Below are positions 23,836 through 36,682 of a stretch of 64,000 nucleotides of DNA, piece after piece; position 1 is the stretch's first letter, and every line of letters starts with the position of its first letter. Under the pieces are notes generated by a model that had not been told where the DNA came from, searched no databases, and worked only from the letters and a program-made list of their open reading frames with translations. Both the position numbers and the translations under genes were made by a program. The DNA lies in the NCBI GenBank assembly GCA_040954595.2, contig JBECUI020000026.1, positions 248,001 through 312,000 on the forward strand. The letters run 5' to 3'. Source of the DNA: Balanoglossus misakiensis (Eukaryota; Animalia; Hemichordata).

Positions 23836-24718
23836 GGATGAGTCGTAATAATATGCTTCAATCATAGGGGCTTTGAAAATTATTAAAATAAAATAAAAAA
23901 TAATGTACTCACAACCGACATTTATACAACAGACAGCTCAAGAAACTCCTCCATGTGTACAATACTTTGCCAATTTAGTGACAACATCAGCTTGCAGAGC
24001 ACGTGAGCACCGCTTTCGCCAGCCTGTGGTGCCCGCATATCTTTTTTGTTCAGCAGTAACATGCACGACACATGCAGAGACACAAACGTCCATGTTGCAA
24101 ATTGTAGATGAAAGCATCAGCTGCGCTGGTTTTATGGTCAGCATCACTGGCTGTTACATGAAAACTGTTTGTCACATACCTTAACCAACATATACGTGTA
24201 TCTGTATGGAAAGAAAGTAGGCTCACCCCGGTACAGTATTATTTTTTTTGCATGCACGCAATGGCCTGAATTTGCTAAACTGGGATCATCTGCGCGCATT
24301 TCAAAACGTGCTCGTTGCTTAACTTCGCGTGCTTTACTACTCACAATTATTCCACTTGTGAACGAACACGTCACCCAATTTTACAGTGTAGCCATGTGGA
24401 AAACTGGTGACAAGGTAATATTTCATTCGAAGATCAACCTACGTTCAGAAAGTTTGCATTGTGGTGAATTCTCACTGCTCTCGCAATGCGGTCTGTGGCG
24501 CACTGCCGCAGACCGCATTACACGTAGAAATAAATTCTGTACGTCACAGTTCGTAGGTCGCATAGGTCATGGAGTTAATCCATTATACATTGCGGCTTAC
24601 AATTTCTCGTGACCCTCTTATCATGCAGCTTGTGTGTTACTGACCACTGACGCATGTCAAAACACTCAATATTTTTTTTAATTTGCAAAATCTTTCATTT
24701 TAAAGTTGTGATACTCAC

Positions 24719-24869
24719 TGCAGATAGCATTCTTTTCAGTAGGAACTATTTCTGCTGCCATTTCAATATTGTCTGTATTCCATGTAAATATATTTCCTCC
24801 AATTGAACAGTCCCCCGCCACAGCTGCAACCTCTTCTGCAGTCAGAACTTTTGACCACATGTATGTCAT
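24719..24869 (-). pseudogene. Orphan exon fragment: C-terminal part of a pentraxin domain
   Basis: YMWSKVLTAEEVAAVAGDCSIGGNIFTW fits the pentraxin C-terminal pattern (WxxVLxxxEI..C...GN..W). GTGAGT donor at 24718; 5' side truncated by repeat DNA. Confidence 0.65.
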
Positions 24870-25711
24870 TTAGTCAAGACAATTTGGGAGAACTGTAGTT
24901 TAAAGCCTCCAAAGCTGCCACTTTTTGCATTATTTTCATGATTTTATTTTCCAACTTAAATTGGTTCATCAAAATAAGCTTACTGATAGGTATACATAAA
25001 CATCTTATCGATGCCCGATTGTGACTGCATGTTGCAATTGGAACATGCTATGTATTAAAACGGTGCCTCACCGATTTAATCAGCCTTCATACAAACAATA
25101 GCAGCTAAGCAGCTATCGTGAAATGCGACGCCAAGTGATGACAAACCAATGCAAATGCAAGTAATATGGCTTAATGGTCACGGGTGAAGATTTTAGGGAA
25201 TAGGGAATATACATATGAAGTATTTTACTCTGGAAAAAAATATGCCAATTTTAGCAGCTATAGGGTTTTTAAAGCGCGGGCGAAGTATGAACAGATGCAG
25301 TAAATATCGATACATTGTATTTTGGAGGTTTCTCATAACCATGATTGGTTGGCTAATTATGCGGCGTTTTCTAAATAAAAGGAACAATATTAATTTATTG
25401 TTGGGGCTCACCTCCGTTAACATCTTGCCGTCTCTGCTGAGTTTTGGCCTCTTCCAGCGGCACGTGTTTGTCCTTTAGGGCATGCTGTAAAATATTTAGA
25501 ATAGCGCTGCCATTTGATCAAAGGATAAGCTGGCTTCGCGTGTTAGGGATGTGTGTCTGACGACTATGCCTCGAAGCAAAAGACACAGCCGACCCTGCCA
25601 CGCAGATTCATTTGTTGTGTCACACATTTTGGATCCAAGAAGAGAATATCAACCTTGACGTTGCGAAAATGACAAGAAACTTTCACTCATATAGGTTGTG
25701 TGATTACTTAC

Positions 25712-25810
25712 CCGCAACTTGTTGGGAATTGCTGTCACCAGAGGTGCCCACAGCGTGAAAGCCAGAATGACTGCGACGCCTGCATTGGAGTTCGTCATGA
25801 ATGGAAACAT
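25712..25810 (-). CDS. Probable first coding exon with a signal peptide (MFPFMTNSNAGVAVILAFTLWAPLVTAIPNKLR)
   Basis: Hydrophobic leader with VTA cleavage site, GTAAGT donor at 25711, TATAAAA about 55 bp upstream. Confidence 0.5.
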
Positions 25811-25862
25811 CGATGAACACGTTCGGTCTTCGATGAGGCTAGTGTCCACAGAATAGGCATTC

Positions 25863-25869
25863 TTTTATA
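25863..25869 (-). promoter_or_regulatory. Candidate TATA box
   Basis: TATAAAA on the minus strand upstream of the signal-peptide exon. Confidence 0.35.
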
Positions 25870-28800
25870 ACGCAGCTGGGAGGTGGTAAATCCATTGTGA
25901 TCACCATGCTATTAGTAGCCCAAGCAGTCAAACTTTGCGAAAAATATATAAATATGGAAAAATATATCAATGGGATCAATAGTTATTAAGCACTTTTTAA
26001 AAACAAATGACACCGTAAGATCAATTATCTTGTTTTCCGCGACAAGTTTCAACATGGTATGTCAGCGCTACCAGTGAATAATATTATTAGAAACTATGAC
26101 AGCTGTAACCGTGCGATTAATGATTTGATCAATTTTAATCATATACTTGTAAATATTTGCGCGGGTGCTGGTTTAATAAACTGTGTTGATATATAGGTGG
26201 AAGACTGTTTAGTTTTCCAGTCAATTATGTGATGTATTACGCCTGACGCTTAAATGATTTGGTCCAGGGAGAATAACCGCGTTTGGCCGGTCAAGCGAAC
26301 CCTGGATCTTGCAGGCTCTGCCCACTTTCCAATCAACAACCATTGAGCATGCGCAGTTGATACTTCACATTGTAAACAAGATGGCGTCGCTGTATATGCT
26401 TCTGGACCGCTGTCGCCCGACTATGTCGGCAAAGAAGAGACGAATTTAACCAAGCAACGCCATATCGGAAGATAGAATGATCGCGAGATGAAACCGGGAT
26501 ATCCAACGATTTGGCAGCCATGTTGATTGATTGGTAAGTCGCCGAAGTAACTATTTGCCATTGATTTGTTTACCAGAAACGGTTTGCCTTTGGAACACAT
26601 TTGACCTCACCGAAATTGATTTCAGAGTTTTTTCCCAAGAACTAATGACGTTCGTTTTCACCTGTCTGTCCCGAAGTTGCAAACGTGTTGTCTCTGAGAA
26701 AATAAATGTGATTTGTACCCGCGATAATCATAGTTCGGATTTCAACCCACAACATCAACGCCAGCCATTCACCAACATGTGCCAGATAATGTTTATCAGT
26801 CATATTTTCTCAGTCTGAATTTACAAAAGACTAATTGTATATTATGCACATTGCAATTTTAATATGTAACACGTTTGACCTGAGTGGGAGAATGGATTGA
26901 AGGGACACAAGCTTTTGTAGCCACTTATATTTTGACACTGTTTATATAAATGTTGAGCTGGCATATTTGTTCCCTTATGATGTAGTGTACCTGTTGCATT
27001 GAAATGAAGCTGTAATATTAAAGTGCAATTTAGTCCTTTGGTTTACTGGGAAAATGAGGTCAATAAATGACAGGTTTATTTAGATATATGATATATTTCT
27101 CACAAGCACGTATGCATATGTATGAGATACTTATTTATTTTTAATTTATGTATTTATTTTTAATTTATTTTGTATGTTCAGGTAATCATATGGATTTGTA
27201 TGGAATCACATACACATTAATTAAAGACTATCATATCACAGAAGTCGAGCCTCCACATGTGTAAGGTAACCATTTAGGTTTCATGACTAAGTTTGTTTAA
27301 GAATTCATAAAGCACGAATTCTACCTAATGAATGAATTTTCTTAGAATTTCACAACTGTGACAGGGTTTGCAGTTATGCGAAAAAGTGTTATTATTCACA
27401 TACGAAACTTTTCGTATACATTTTTCTGATGGCAATGCATTTAACTTTGAACAAATATTGACGTCAGTTAGTAGTGCTATTTTGTCAGTGAAATTGCTTC
27501 ATCATCATCCCTCCAACCAAAGTTGAAACTGAGTTGCAAATATTGCACAGCTTGAAATCATAAAATGTCGCAAAATTGAACCAACCATTCGGTCAACGAT
27601 TATGTTCTTACAGCTATTATTAGAAGCAGACAGTCTCAGGGAACAAGATACATGGGCCTGATTTGCAAACTGAGTTGGAACTAACCTTGCCTGCCCATGG
27701 ATGCGCCAATTCAGTGAATCTTATCGTATTAAAAATGAATATGGAGAACTATTCTCTGTGTTGTGATTGTTAGCCTACATGTATACATATGTACCTTGAG
27801 TGATTCCACTTTCTTCAGTGTCCTGTGAATTCAGTTGCCATAACTTGCGCTTCACACAGCGCATACATGTAGGTCTAATCAATTGGGCAACTGGGTCTTA
27901 CAATATTATCTGATGCCTCTTACTGGCCGAAGGACCACAAGTTGCATTTTCACATCGCATATAAATAGAAAACCCATTAATTTCTACTGTATGATTTTAT
28001 TGACGATTCAATAGTTTCATGACTGTTAGTGTTAATTACAATACCTAAATTCCCAAATGAAAGCATGCTGTCAGTTTTCATGTGATTGATATTAATTTTA
28101 CAATTTCAAAATATGCTTAGCTCTGAATGATTATGAACATATCAAACTTCATGTTAAATAAACTGTCTTGATATTGTATACATTAAGGCCTACTACCAGT
28201 GTCACAACATTGATTTCCTGCATTTTTGCTCATGCCTTCTGACCAGTCAGTTGCCTCTGTATGTGTGTATGTAGTATGTATGGATGTATGTATGTCTGTC
28301 CACATCAAAAACTTGAAAACCCCTTCGCGTATCCCCTTGATATTTGGTGTGTAGATGTAGGCCAGCCTGTAAATAGGATTTTGTTCATATTAAGAAGGTT
28401 GAAGTATTTTCATGATTGGTTTTATTTGATTACTCCAGAAACATACAATACAGAGTCTGTGTGGTAAGTCTTGATATTGGGTTTTTAGATGCAGGCACGC
28501 CTGTTCAAATGAAATATGCTAATTACCTGGAGCAATGTGAAATTGATCAAAACTCAGAAACTCAACAACTGGTCAGATTGCTTTGAACATTTGTATGCAT
28601 GTAGCTTATGTCACGCCTGATATACTTTCAGCTAATATCGTGAATTGTATCTAGAATTTAGTATGCTATTTCCTATAGGTAATCTTTGTTAGTATTGTTT
28701 AAATTGTGGCAAAATTTGTAATTTTTGGGAAATATAATTTTGTCATTTTTGGTCAAAAATCATTTTCTCTGAAACTCCATGTCAGGTCAGGTTGCATTTA

Positions 28801-31780
28801 AATTTTGGTTTGCTTGTTCCATGAGGTAACCCAAGTAATGTTGTATATCATTTTGGTGAAATTTGCATATTTGTGGTCTTGAGGCAATTTTTGCAATTTG
28901 TATTCTTTGAAACCGCATGTCAAATTGCTTTCAATTTTGGTAGGCATGTTCCTTGTGGTGATTGAAGTGAGATATTGTTGGATTTGTTGATATCTGAATT
29001 TTTGTGGTTGAGGCAGTTTTTGTCATTGTTGAAGAAATGTTGTTTTCACTGAAAATACTCCGATTCCTGTGAAATTGTATTAGGTTACCTGGTAGGTCAT
29101 ATCTGCTTGGCAATGTCACAGCGGTGTACACACCTATTTTTGTGTAATCCAAAGTGTGTAATAAGCTAGCAAATATTTACTAGTAAATCATGTATGTTCT
29201 ACTTCTTACAAGGTTGAAGTATGTTGATGTCTGGGTTAAATGGGATTCTTCAGAAACATACAATACAGAGTCTGTGGTACAGTTCATGGTCACATTCAGA
29301 ATTACCTAGTCTATATCCAGCCGTGTTCTGTCCGCTTTGCTTCCAAAAGTATCGTCTAGTGTCATGCATGCCACTTGCCCAATAATCTGACACCCCTTGC
29401 TGGGAAATTTGATGTAACAAGTATCCCTTAGTGAAATTATTAACATAAATTGAACAATGTTGATTTGGCGTAAGATTATAGTGAAGGCAGGGCTTATTAC
29501 ATTGAAAATGCTATCCAGCCTTAATTACACATTATGAATATCCTTTGTCCAATCATTGGAAAAACAATGTACCGTAGACTTGCATAGCACTTTGAAGGTG
29601 AATCGCAAGTGGTCACTTTAATTACATTACCTCAAGCAGTCTTTTACATGTAGCTATAATAAGACAAGCATTCCCGGTGTAATTAACATCACTGTTGTTA
29701 TTAGTATCTATCTCCGATAAGTATCAAGTCTGCCTTATGTTATTTTAAGTCAATTGTCAGGTTCATGTACATATTTTACAACTTATCTATCTTGTCAAAA
29801 ACTTTCGCATGTACCTAATTCTAGGCTTACCAGTAGGGTTATAGATACAGTGTATTATATTAACATGCATTAATATGAAACTAAATGTTGATGGTTAATT
29901 AAAGACCCCCTTGAGCTATGGTAACCTCATTAAATATGTGCATATCTTATTCTAGTGGATGTGGTAACCTGGACATGGACAACTCTGGGGTCAAAATCTT
30001 TTGACAAACTTTTGGGTGATCTTGGGTAAACTTTGACCTACATTCCTATATCTTGGCATCCGGCACAGATACATCCTTGACACTTGGAGTTATGGAACTA
30101 TGTAATGGAATATTATGTCTTGCCTCATTAATTATGTACATACCTAATGCCAGCCTAACCAATAGGGCTGGAAGTCTGCCTTTTTTTGGACATGATACAT
30201 TTGAGATCAACATTTTTCTACAGCAGCCAGCCTTCTCTTAAAAAGAATGGACAATATAAAGGCTTTGCTGGTATACTGAACTTTGGACTCCCTCCCTGAG
30301 ACTGTGTGCCAATGACGGGATAGCCTACTCAGCGTTGGGTAGATCCTAAGAAGGCCTCAGCCAGGCATCAGATACAAAAAGCGGAAATCCAAGCTTTAAT
30401 GGTGGGTTACATCGTTAACTTCCCTGCAGAGCTGATTTCTCAGACTGTGAGCCAATGACGGGTAAAGCCCCTAGGTAGGGGCCACCTAAGACAGGCCGGT
30501 CATGCTTTAGTCACAAAGAAGGGCAAGTTCAGTCATACCATAACTTTGTCTGCTGTATATGCTTCATAATGATTGCATGGTATTTTGAGAATACATTGTC
30601 TTAAGGCAGTGTGACCAGCTAAAAAGTACTGGCAAACACAGCCAATGTGTAATAAAAAACATCTAATTTGGCTGAATAAAAGACATAAAACACAGCAAAA
30701 GCACTGTGACTAGCTGAGACATAATACTCCATTATGCATTTCCATCACTCCAAGTGTCAAGGTTGCATCTGCTCTGGATGCCAAGATATAGTAATGTTGG
30801 TCAAGGTTTACCCAAAGTCACCCAAAGTTCTGTCAAACAATTTTGACCCCAATGTTGTCCATGTTTAGGTTTCTCCCTCCACTGGATAGCCTACAATTAG
30901 ATATGCAAATATTTAATGACATTACCATAGATTAAGGCGGTCCTAAATTAACCATGAAATTATAGTTTCATGTTAATTCTTGTTATTACAAAACACTGTA
31001 TCTATAACCCTTCTGGAAGCCATACTTTGTTTCATGCTACCCAATATGTGAAAGTAGGTAAAAAATCAGCCAAGGTTATTTGAAATTTTGCTGAAAAAAA
31101 TCCGGTCCCTGACATTTGGTAAAGGGGTCAAGACACTTGGCAACAAATTGTTGTCCCAGATTAGAACATATTCATAAAAAACTCAGGGAAAGAAGGAAGT
31201 TTTTCACAGCTTTGGTGCTTCAAATAGTAGAGAGGTTCCCAAGTTATTTCAATGAAACCTTAATGTCAACATTACATCGTTAGACTCGAAACTCATCTGG
31301 CATAAAGCTGCTAGTTAAAGCCCTAAGGGTTGTGCCACTTTTTCATTATTTTCATCTAAGATTTGTCAATCTAAATAAGCTTACTGCTAGGTATACATCT
31401 ACATGAACATCTTGTTGACTGACGATTGTGGCTGTAATTTAAAGAAGTCAGATATTTAACAGGTACCACACCTGTTTAATCTGCCTCTATACAAAGGGTA
31501 CACATCTATAGTGGTATGCATCACCTAGATATGACAAACATAAGCACTACAAGTAATATGGCTTTATGGTGGCGATTTTGAAGGATGTGGAGAAGATTTG
31601 AAAAACACTCTTGAGGAAAAAGATGTGTTAAATCTTTGAAATGTGTTTTATTCTTTGGTTCCCATTTCGTATATGTCTATCTACCACTGGGACCAATGTG
31701 AAATTGGTGGAAATTGGTCAAATTGCTTTAGAAATTGGTGTGTATTCATTTTGAGACCTCATGGATTTTTTTTCATTTTT

Positions 31781-34125
31781 AGCTCACGTGAAAATCACGT
31801 GAGCTTATGGTTTAGCGATGTCTGTGTGTGTGTGTGTATGTATGTATGTGTGTGTGTGTCTGTCTGTATACCCGATATCTAAAGAACCGCTGAACCGATT
31901 TCAACCAAATTTAGTACACAGGTTCAGATATCATATGGCAAGAACTGAAAAGGTTTTGGTGCGTGTGGCTTTGATATTAATGAAGTTATTTAAGTTTTAA
32001 TTTTTCTATTACATGATTGTCTATGTGAGCTTTCGTTAATGCCGCATATATGACCAGTGGAAACGATAGTTTGAGGAGATCGACAGTTTGAGGGCGCTGT
32101 GAAATGAGACATTCCTGGCGATATTGCCGTGGTTCTGTCCATGCTCAGACGCTGTACCCGTCGTTACGAATAACTTCCCTACGTGAATCCACAAGGAAGC
32201 TAACGTTGTTTAGTTGCTTCATAGAGCGTAAATTGTTAATCTACAGGACCGTCAGACGAATACTCTTTTCAAATGAAGTTTGAAACTACTTACAAGTAAG
32301 TTAGTGGAGACAATATGGCGGATAGTTGGCGTGCAGCCGAATCCGCGTTATGACTATGACGTGACCCATTCATCAAGACAAACCGTAAATGATTCACGCA
32401 TATTGTGGTCCTCACGCAGTCAATCTCAAAATGTCACCAGGCTTTCTATTTGTCTATTGTTCAGAGAAAAATAACGTGGCGGTTGATCACACTCAACAGT
32501 AAAATCCGTTTTGTGAGTTTATAGACAGTCTGTTATCGCCAATACTATATAGCGATTGCTAGATGGCTTACCCAATATGTGATCGAGCGAGAATGATAAC
32601 ATTGAATGTCTGTTCAGATCTCATTCCGTACGTCATACGTCAACATTTCGATTTCGATTTAATCCATTCATAAAGAATTTAGAGAAAGTCGTCTTGAATT
32701 GTGACCCCGACTATCAATTTTACGATGATTTTTTGGCGACGGAATACACGAGACGCCATTGCATAACTACGTCAGCTGGACTTCCAAGGTTACCATTTTG
32801 TGTGTATGGAATCTTATCACAGAGACTACGTACTTTGACAATATGCTTGGTATATCAATGACGCCCCAGAAAATTTGTCGAAAAATGAATTTGTCTTCTC
32901 ATGGTGGTGCAATATATTTTAATGTCTATTTTGAGGTTGATTTTGGTTTTTGGCTAACATGTATATCAATGTCAGCTTATAGCATGAGTTGGTGTCCGTC
33001 GTCTATGTATGTCTGTATGTGTGCCTCATACAGAATTATGTATTTTGCGAATGGATCAGTTTCGTCTAAATGTATTGATGTATGTATGTGTATGTCCATC
33101 AACATCAAAAACTTGAAACTACTGATATTTAGTGTGTACATAGAAATTGTTATTGCGAAAAAATGCATACTGGTATTAACTGGAAAAATGTTCAAGTAGT
33201 CAAAATTGAAAAACTTAATAACAGCGGATCAGATTCAGTTAAAAATTGGCGTGCATTGGTGTGCAAGTACTATGGGAAGACCTCGTATGATTTTGTTCAG
33301 GTGGAGACAGTATCTGGCGTTTGCTATTTTTTATGAATTTTGGGGGGAATTTTCTGCAGTTTTGTTAAAAAAAATTCTTCTCTGAAATTACATGTCCAAT
33401 TGATTGGAAACTTGGTATGGAGGTTCATAGGGCTTACCTGAATCACATTTGTGCAAACGGTGGTGAAATTTGCAAAAATGCATTTTTGGGCAATATTTCC
33501 TGTTTTTGTCAAAAAATCAAATCCCGTGAAACTGTAAGTGCAATTGTTTTGATACTTTGTATTTGGGTTTCTAGGGGTGATCTCAGTCAAATATGATCAA
33601 ATTGTAAAGAAATTTGCATAATTGTATTTTTTGGGAATTCTGCAGGGTTTGGCCAAATAGTCTTCAGTAAAACCACAAGTCCAATTGATTGGAAACTTTG
33701 AATGGGAAATCATATATGTGATATCAGTCAGATTTGTCTGAATTACCTGTTGTTTGCCAAAATGTCTTCCTTATTGAAACTTGTTAAAGAGGTTCTTAGG
33801 CATGAACAGAAATCAGATTTGTTGAAATCTGGTGAAATATTCATACTTTTTGGTATATTTCTTGCCATTTTTGATCAACGAGTTTTAGAATTCCATAGAC
33901 TTATCTTTTTATGCAGTTCAGGATGGGGTACATGACTCATAACCCCTTACAAAAATTGACAAGGCAACAATTCCACAAACATGTTTACATTTCACAATGG
34001 TGCAACACACAACCCTTACACCATATACACTATAAACCAAATTGGTTTAACACTGGTTTTTCTAATCTTGTTATTCTGTCAACCAATCACAGTACTGCAC
34101 GTGAGCATATTCAGTTAATATCTGG
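31781..34125 (+). mobile_element. Non-autonomous Helentron/DINE-1-like element (HINE)
   Basis: Begins TTTTT-AGCTCACGTG..CACGTGAGCT followed by a GT-rich microsatellite, and has a 3' subterminal CACGTGAGC. Inserted in a T-run with no TSD. Empty site cttcaaaaatgaaaa at 12908-12922 in the left arm. Confidence 0.8.
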
Positions 34126-35251
34126 TTTGAAGTATATTTTGGGGGTGATTTTGGTCAAATACTCAAAAACCTCTACTCACAGTTCTTTGAAATTTGGTTT
34201 GCAGGTTCCTAGGTGTGTTATCACGACATTTTAACAAATCCTATGATGGAAGTGTCAATATAGTTTTTGTGGACAGTTTTTGCCATTTTTGTTTGATTGC
34301 TTTGCAATTTTTTGTTTTGCAGTTTCCAGGGGATTTTTTTACTGTGATATATCATAAATGTTCTGAAAATGAAAAAATTGTATTTTGGGGGCATAAAAAA
34401 AATTCTCAGAAAGTGCATGGTTGATCACTTTAAAAGTTTAGTTGTGAGTTAATGATATGTGCTTCTTTAGAATGATAATTGAATCAAATCATAGCTGAAT
34501 TAGTTTTTTTGTTTATTTTGTTTGATATTTTTTCCTTATACCTCAAAAATTGTTATTATAAAAGGGAAATTACCATTACATAGTTGTTTGCAATTAAGGA
34601 GGACCCCCTCCCCCACTGAAAATCGTATACACCTTGATCTCTCTATGTCTGTATTCATGTCTGTATGTATGTTTTACAAATGTATGCTCCCAATAAGAGT
34701 GAAATGATTTTTTTTATCGTAATACTTCTAAAGTGATTATTTCCTATGAGATAAGCAGTCTTATTACCTAATCGTTTCTGAAATTCTACCTCATGCTGTG
34801 TATGAAAAGTCTAATATATGTCATTGTCAAGATCCCCAAAACAGGCTGATATAGTATCACATAACATTTGATAAAAGTATCCCAAACAGTGTGGCAATTT
34901 TGGTATACAGAAAAAAACACTAGAATGACAACAGCTACATGTATGTAGGCTAGCAATAGGAACACAGATAACAATTCTCCATATTCATTTTTAAATACGA
35001 TAAGATTCGCTGAAATTGGCACATCTGTGTGCAGGCAAAGTCAGTTCCAACTCGGCTTGCAAATCGGACCAATGTCTCTTGTTCGCTGAGACTGTATGGT
35101 TCTAGTAATAGCTGTAAGAACTTGATCATTGACCAAACTCTTGGTTCAATTTTGCAACATTTTATGATTTCAAGCTGTACATATTTAACTCCGTTTCAAC
35201 TATAGTTGGAGGGATAACATTGGAGCCATTTCACTGACAAAATAGCGCTTA

Positions 35252-36082
35252 GGGACCATTCAGTTTTTACGGTGGGGGGAGGCTGGCAAAATCCAGGGGG
35301 TCACTTAAATTTTGAAATCCAAAAGAGGGAGTCATCTTTTTTTCAAACGTTTAGGGGGGATGTCATATACATGTACCCACCGATGCTAACTTTGAGTGGA
35401 GTGGCAACAGTAAAATTGGTCCTTTCAAACATTGAGATACATGTAATTTGCTTTTGACTTCATTAAAATGCAACTTTGAGCTACATATTTTACAAAGTTT
35501 TCTTATGTGGAAGGAGGACATCCCCTCCCACACCCATCCCCTTATTTCTTCGCCACATATAGTGTACCAGGGCAGAATACTTGCCATCCCACCCCCACTG
35601 ATGTTAACTTTGAGTGGCAAAAGTCAAATTTGTCCTCCCCAACATTAAGTTAATTTGCCTTTGAGTTCATTAAAATGCATTAATTGTATTTTACAAAATT
35701 GTCCTACGTACACCCACCCCTTCCACTTTTCTTGTTTTACCAATTCTACCAACTATTGTATTGACGTGTCCTTTTAATTTATCCATAGACCTTCTTTATT
35801 GCAACGCTATACTATTATACACTTCAAATTATAAATTTCTTTAAGAAATTTAGAATTGAGGTGTGAGGAGACCCTTTACCTTTATTGCATACAGTCAGTG
35901 TACATAAGATAAGGATGGCGAATGTTTTCGGGGTGGGAGGAGGGTCATCATATTTTGGTCCTGTCAAAGGGGGGGGGGGTCATCATTTTTTTGGTCCTGG
36001 TTGAAGGGGGTGTCGGCCTGATTTTGAAAACCAATGACACAAACTTTTGCCTCCCCCCCCTCCACCAAAACTGAACAGTCCC
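35252..36082. mobile_element. MITE flanked by TTA (PIF/Harbinger-like)
   Basis: TTA-GGGACCATTCAGTTTT...AAAACTGAACAGTCCC-TTA. Absent at the homologous sites ~11810, ~19095 and ~27470. Confidence 0.8.
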
Positions 36083-36682
36083 TTACTAAAGGACGTCAAT
36101 GTCTGTTTACAGTCAAATGCATTGCCATCAGAAAAAAAAATGCAAACAATTTCTTATGTTTGTAGTACGCACTTTTTGTATATCTGTAAACTGTGTCTCA
36201 GTTGTGAAATTCTAAGGAAATTTGTTCCTTGGGTAGAATAAAGGATTCTTAAACAAACTTAGTCCTGAAAGCTAAATGGTTACCTCAGAGAAACTGTGTT
36301 AAATTTGGTCATCATTGTTTTAAATCACACAAGACATTCCCACAGCTAAGTTACTGCAGCAGTCAGTTTCAACTCAGCTTGCAAATTGGGATCATGTCTT
36401 GTGTTCATCGAGACTGTCTGTAGTCGAGTTGACAGTCACTACAACTGTATTGCAAATATGGCAGGGTTGGGCAACTCTTCCAATTTGCATTTGAACACCT
36501 TTTCTGTTTGCGTCAAAATGATGAATAATGTTTCGTTTTCAAGAATGCCTTAATATGGGCACCCAATACAAGACAACTGCATTGCAAATGGCATTTTCAT
36601 TCAACTCTCCTGGGTACCTAAAACAATTTCAACATGGTTGACATGGCAATATTAGACAACTGTTCTAATTTGCATAATCCTG

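Larger units (their letters stand above)
27265..36290. repeat. Inner inverted repeat of the right arm (27265-~27820 / ~34900-36290, the latter split by a MITE)
   Basis: Same block as the left-arm stems, in the two opposite orientations. Confidence 0.85.

Noticed and set aside
19841-26521. Paralogous ORF pair 19841-20059(+) and 26333-26521(-) as a conserved gene
   Set aside because: Similarity simply reflects the inner ends of the inverted arms; non-ATG or inconsistent starts and no domain.
30295-30500. SECIS elements (AUGA..GA)
   Set aside because: Helix II is too short, the apical AA is misplaced, and there is no selenoprotein 3' UTR context.
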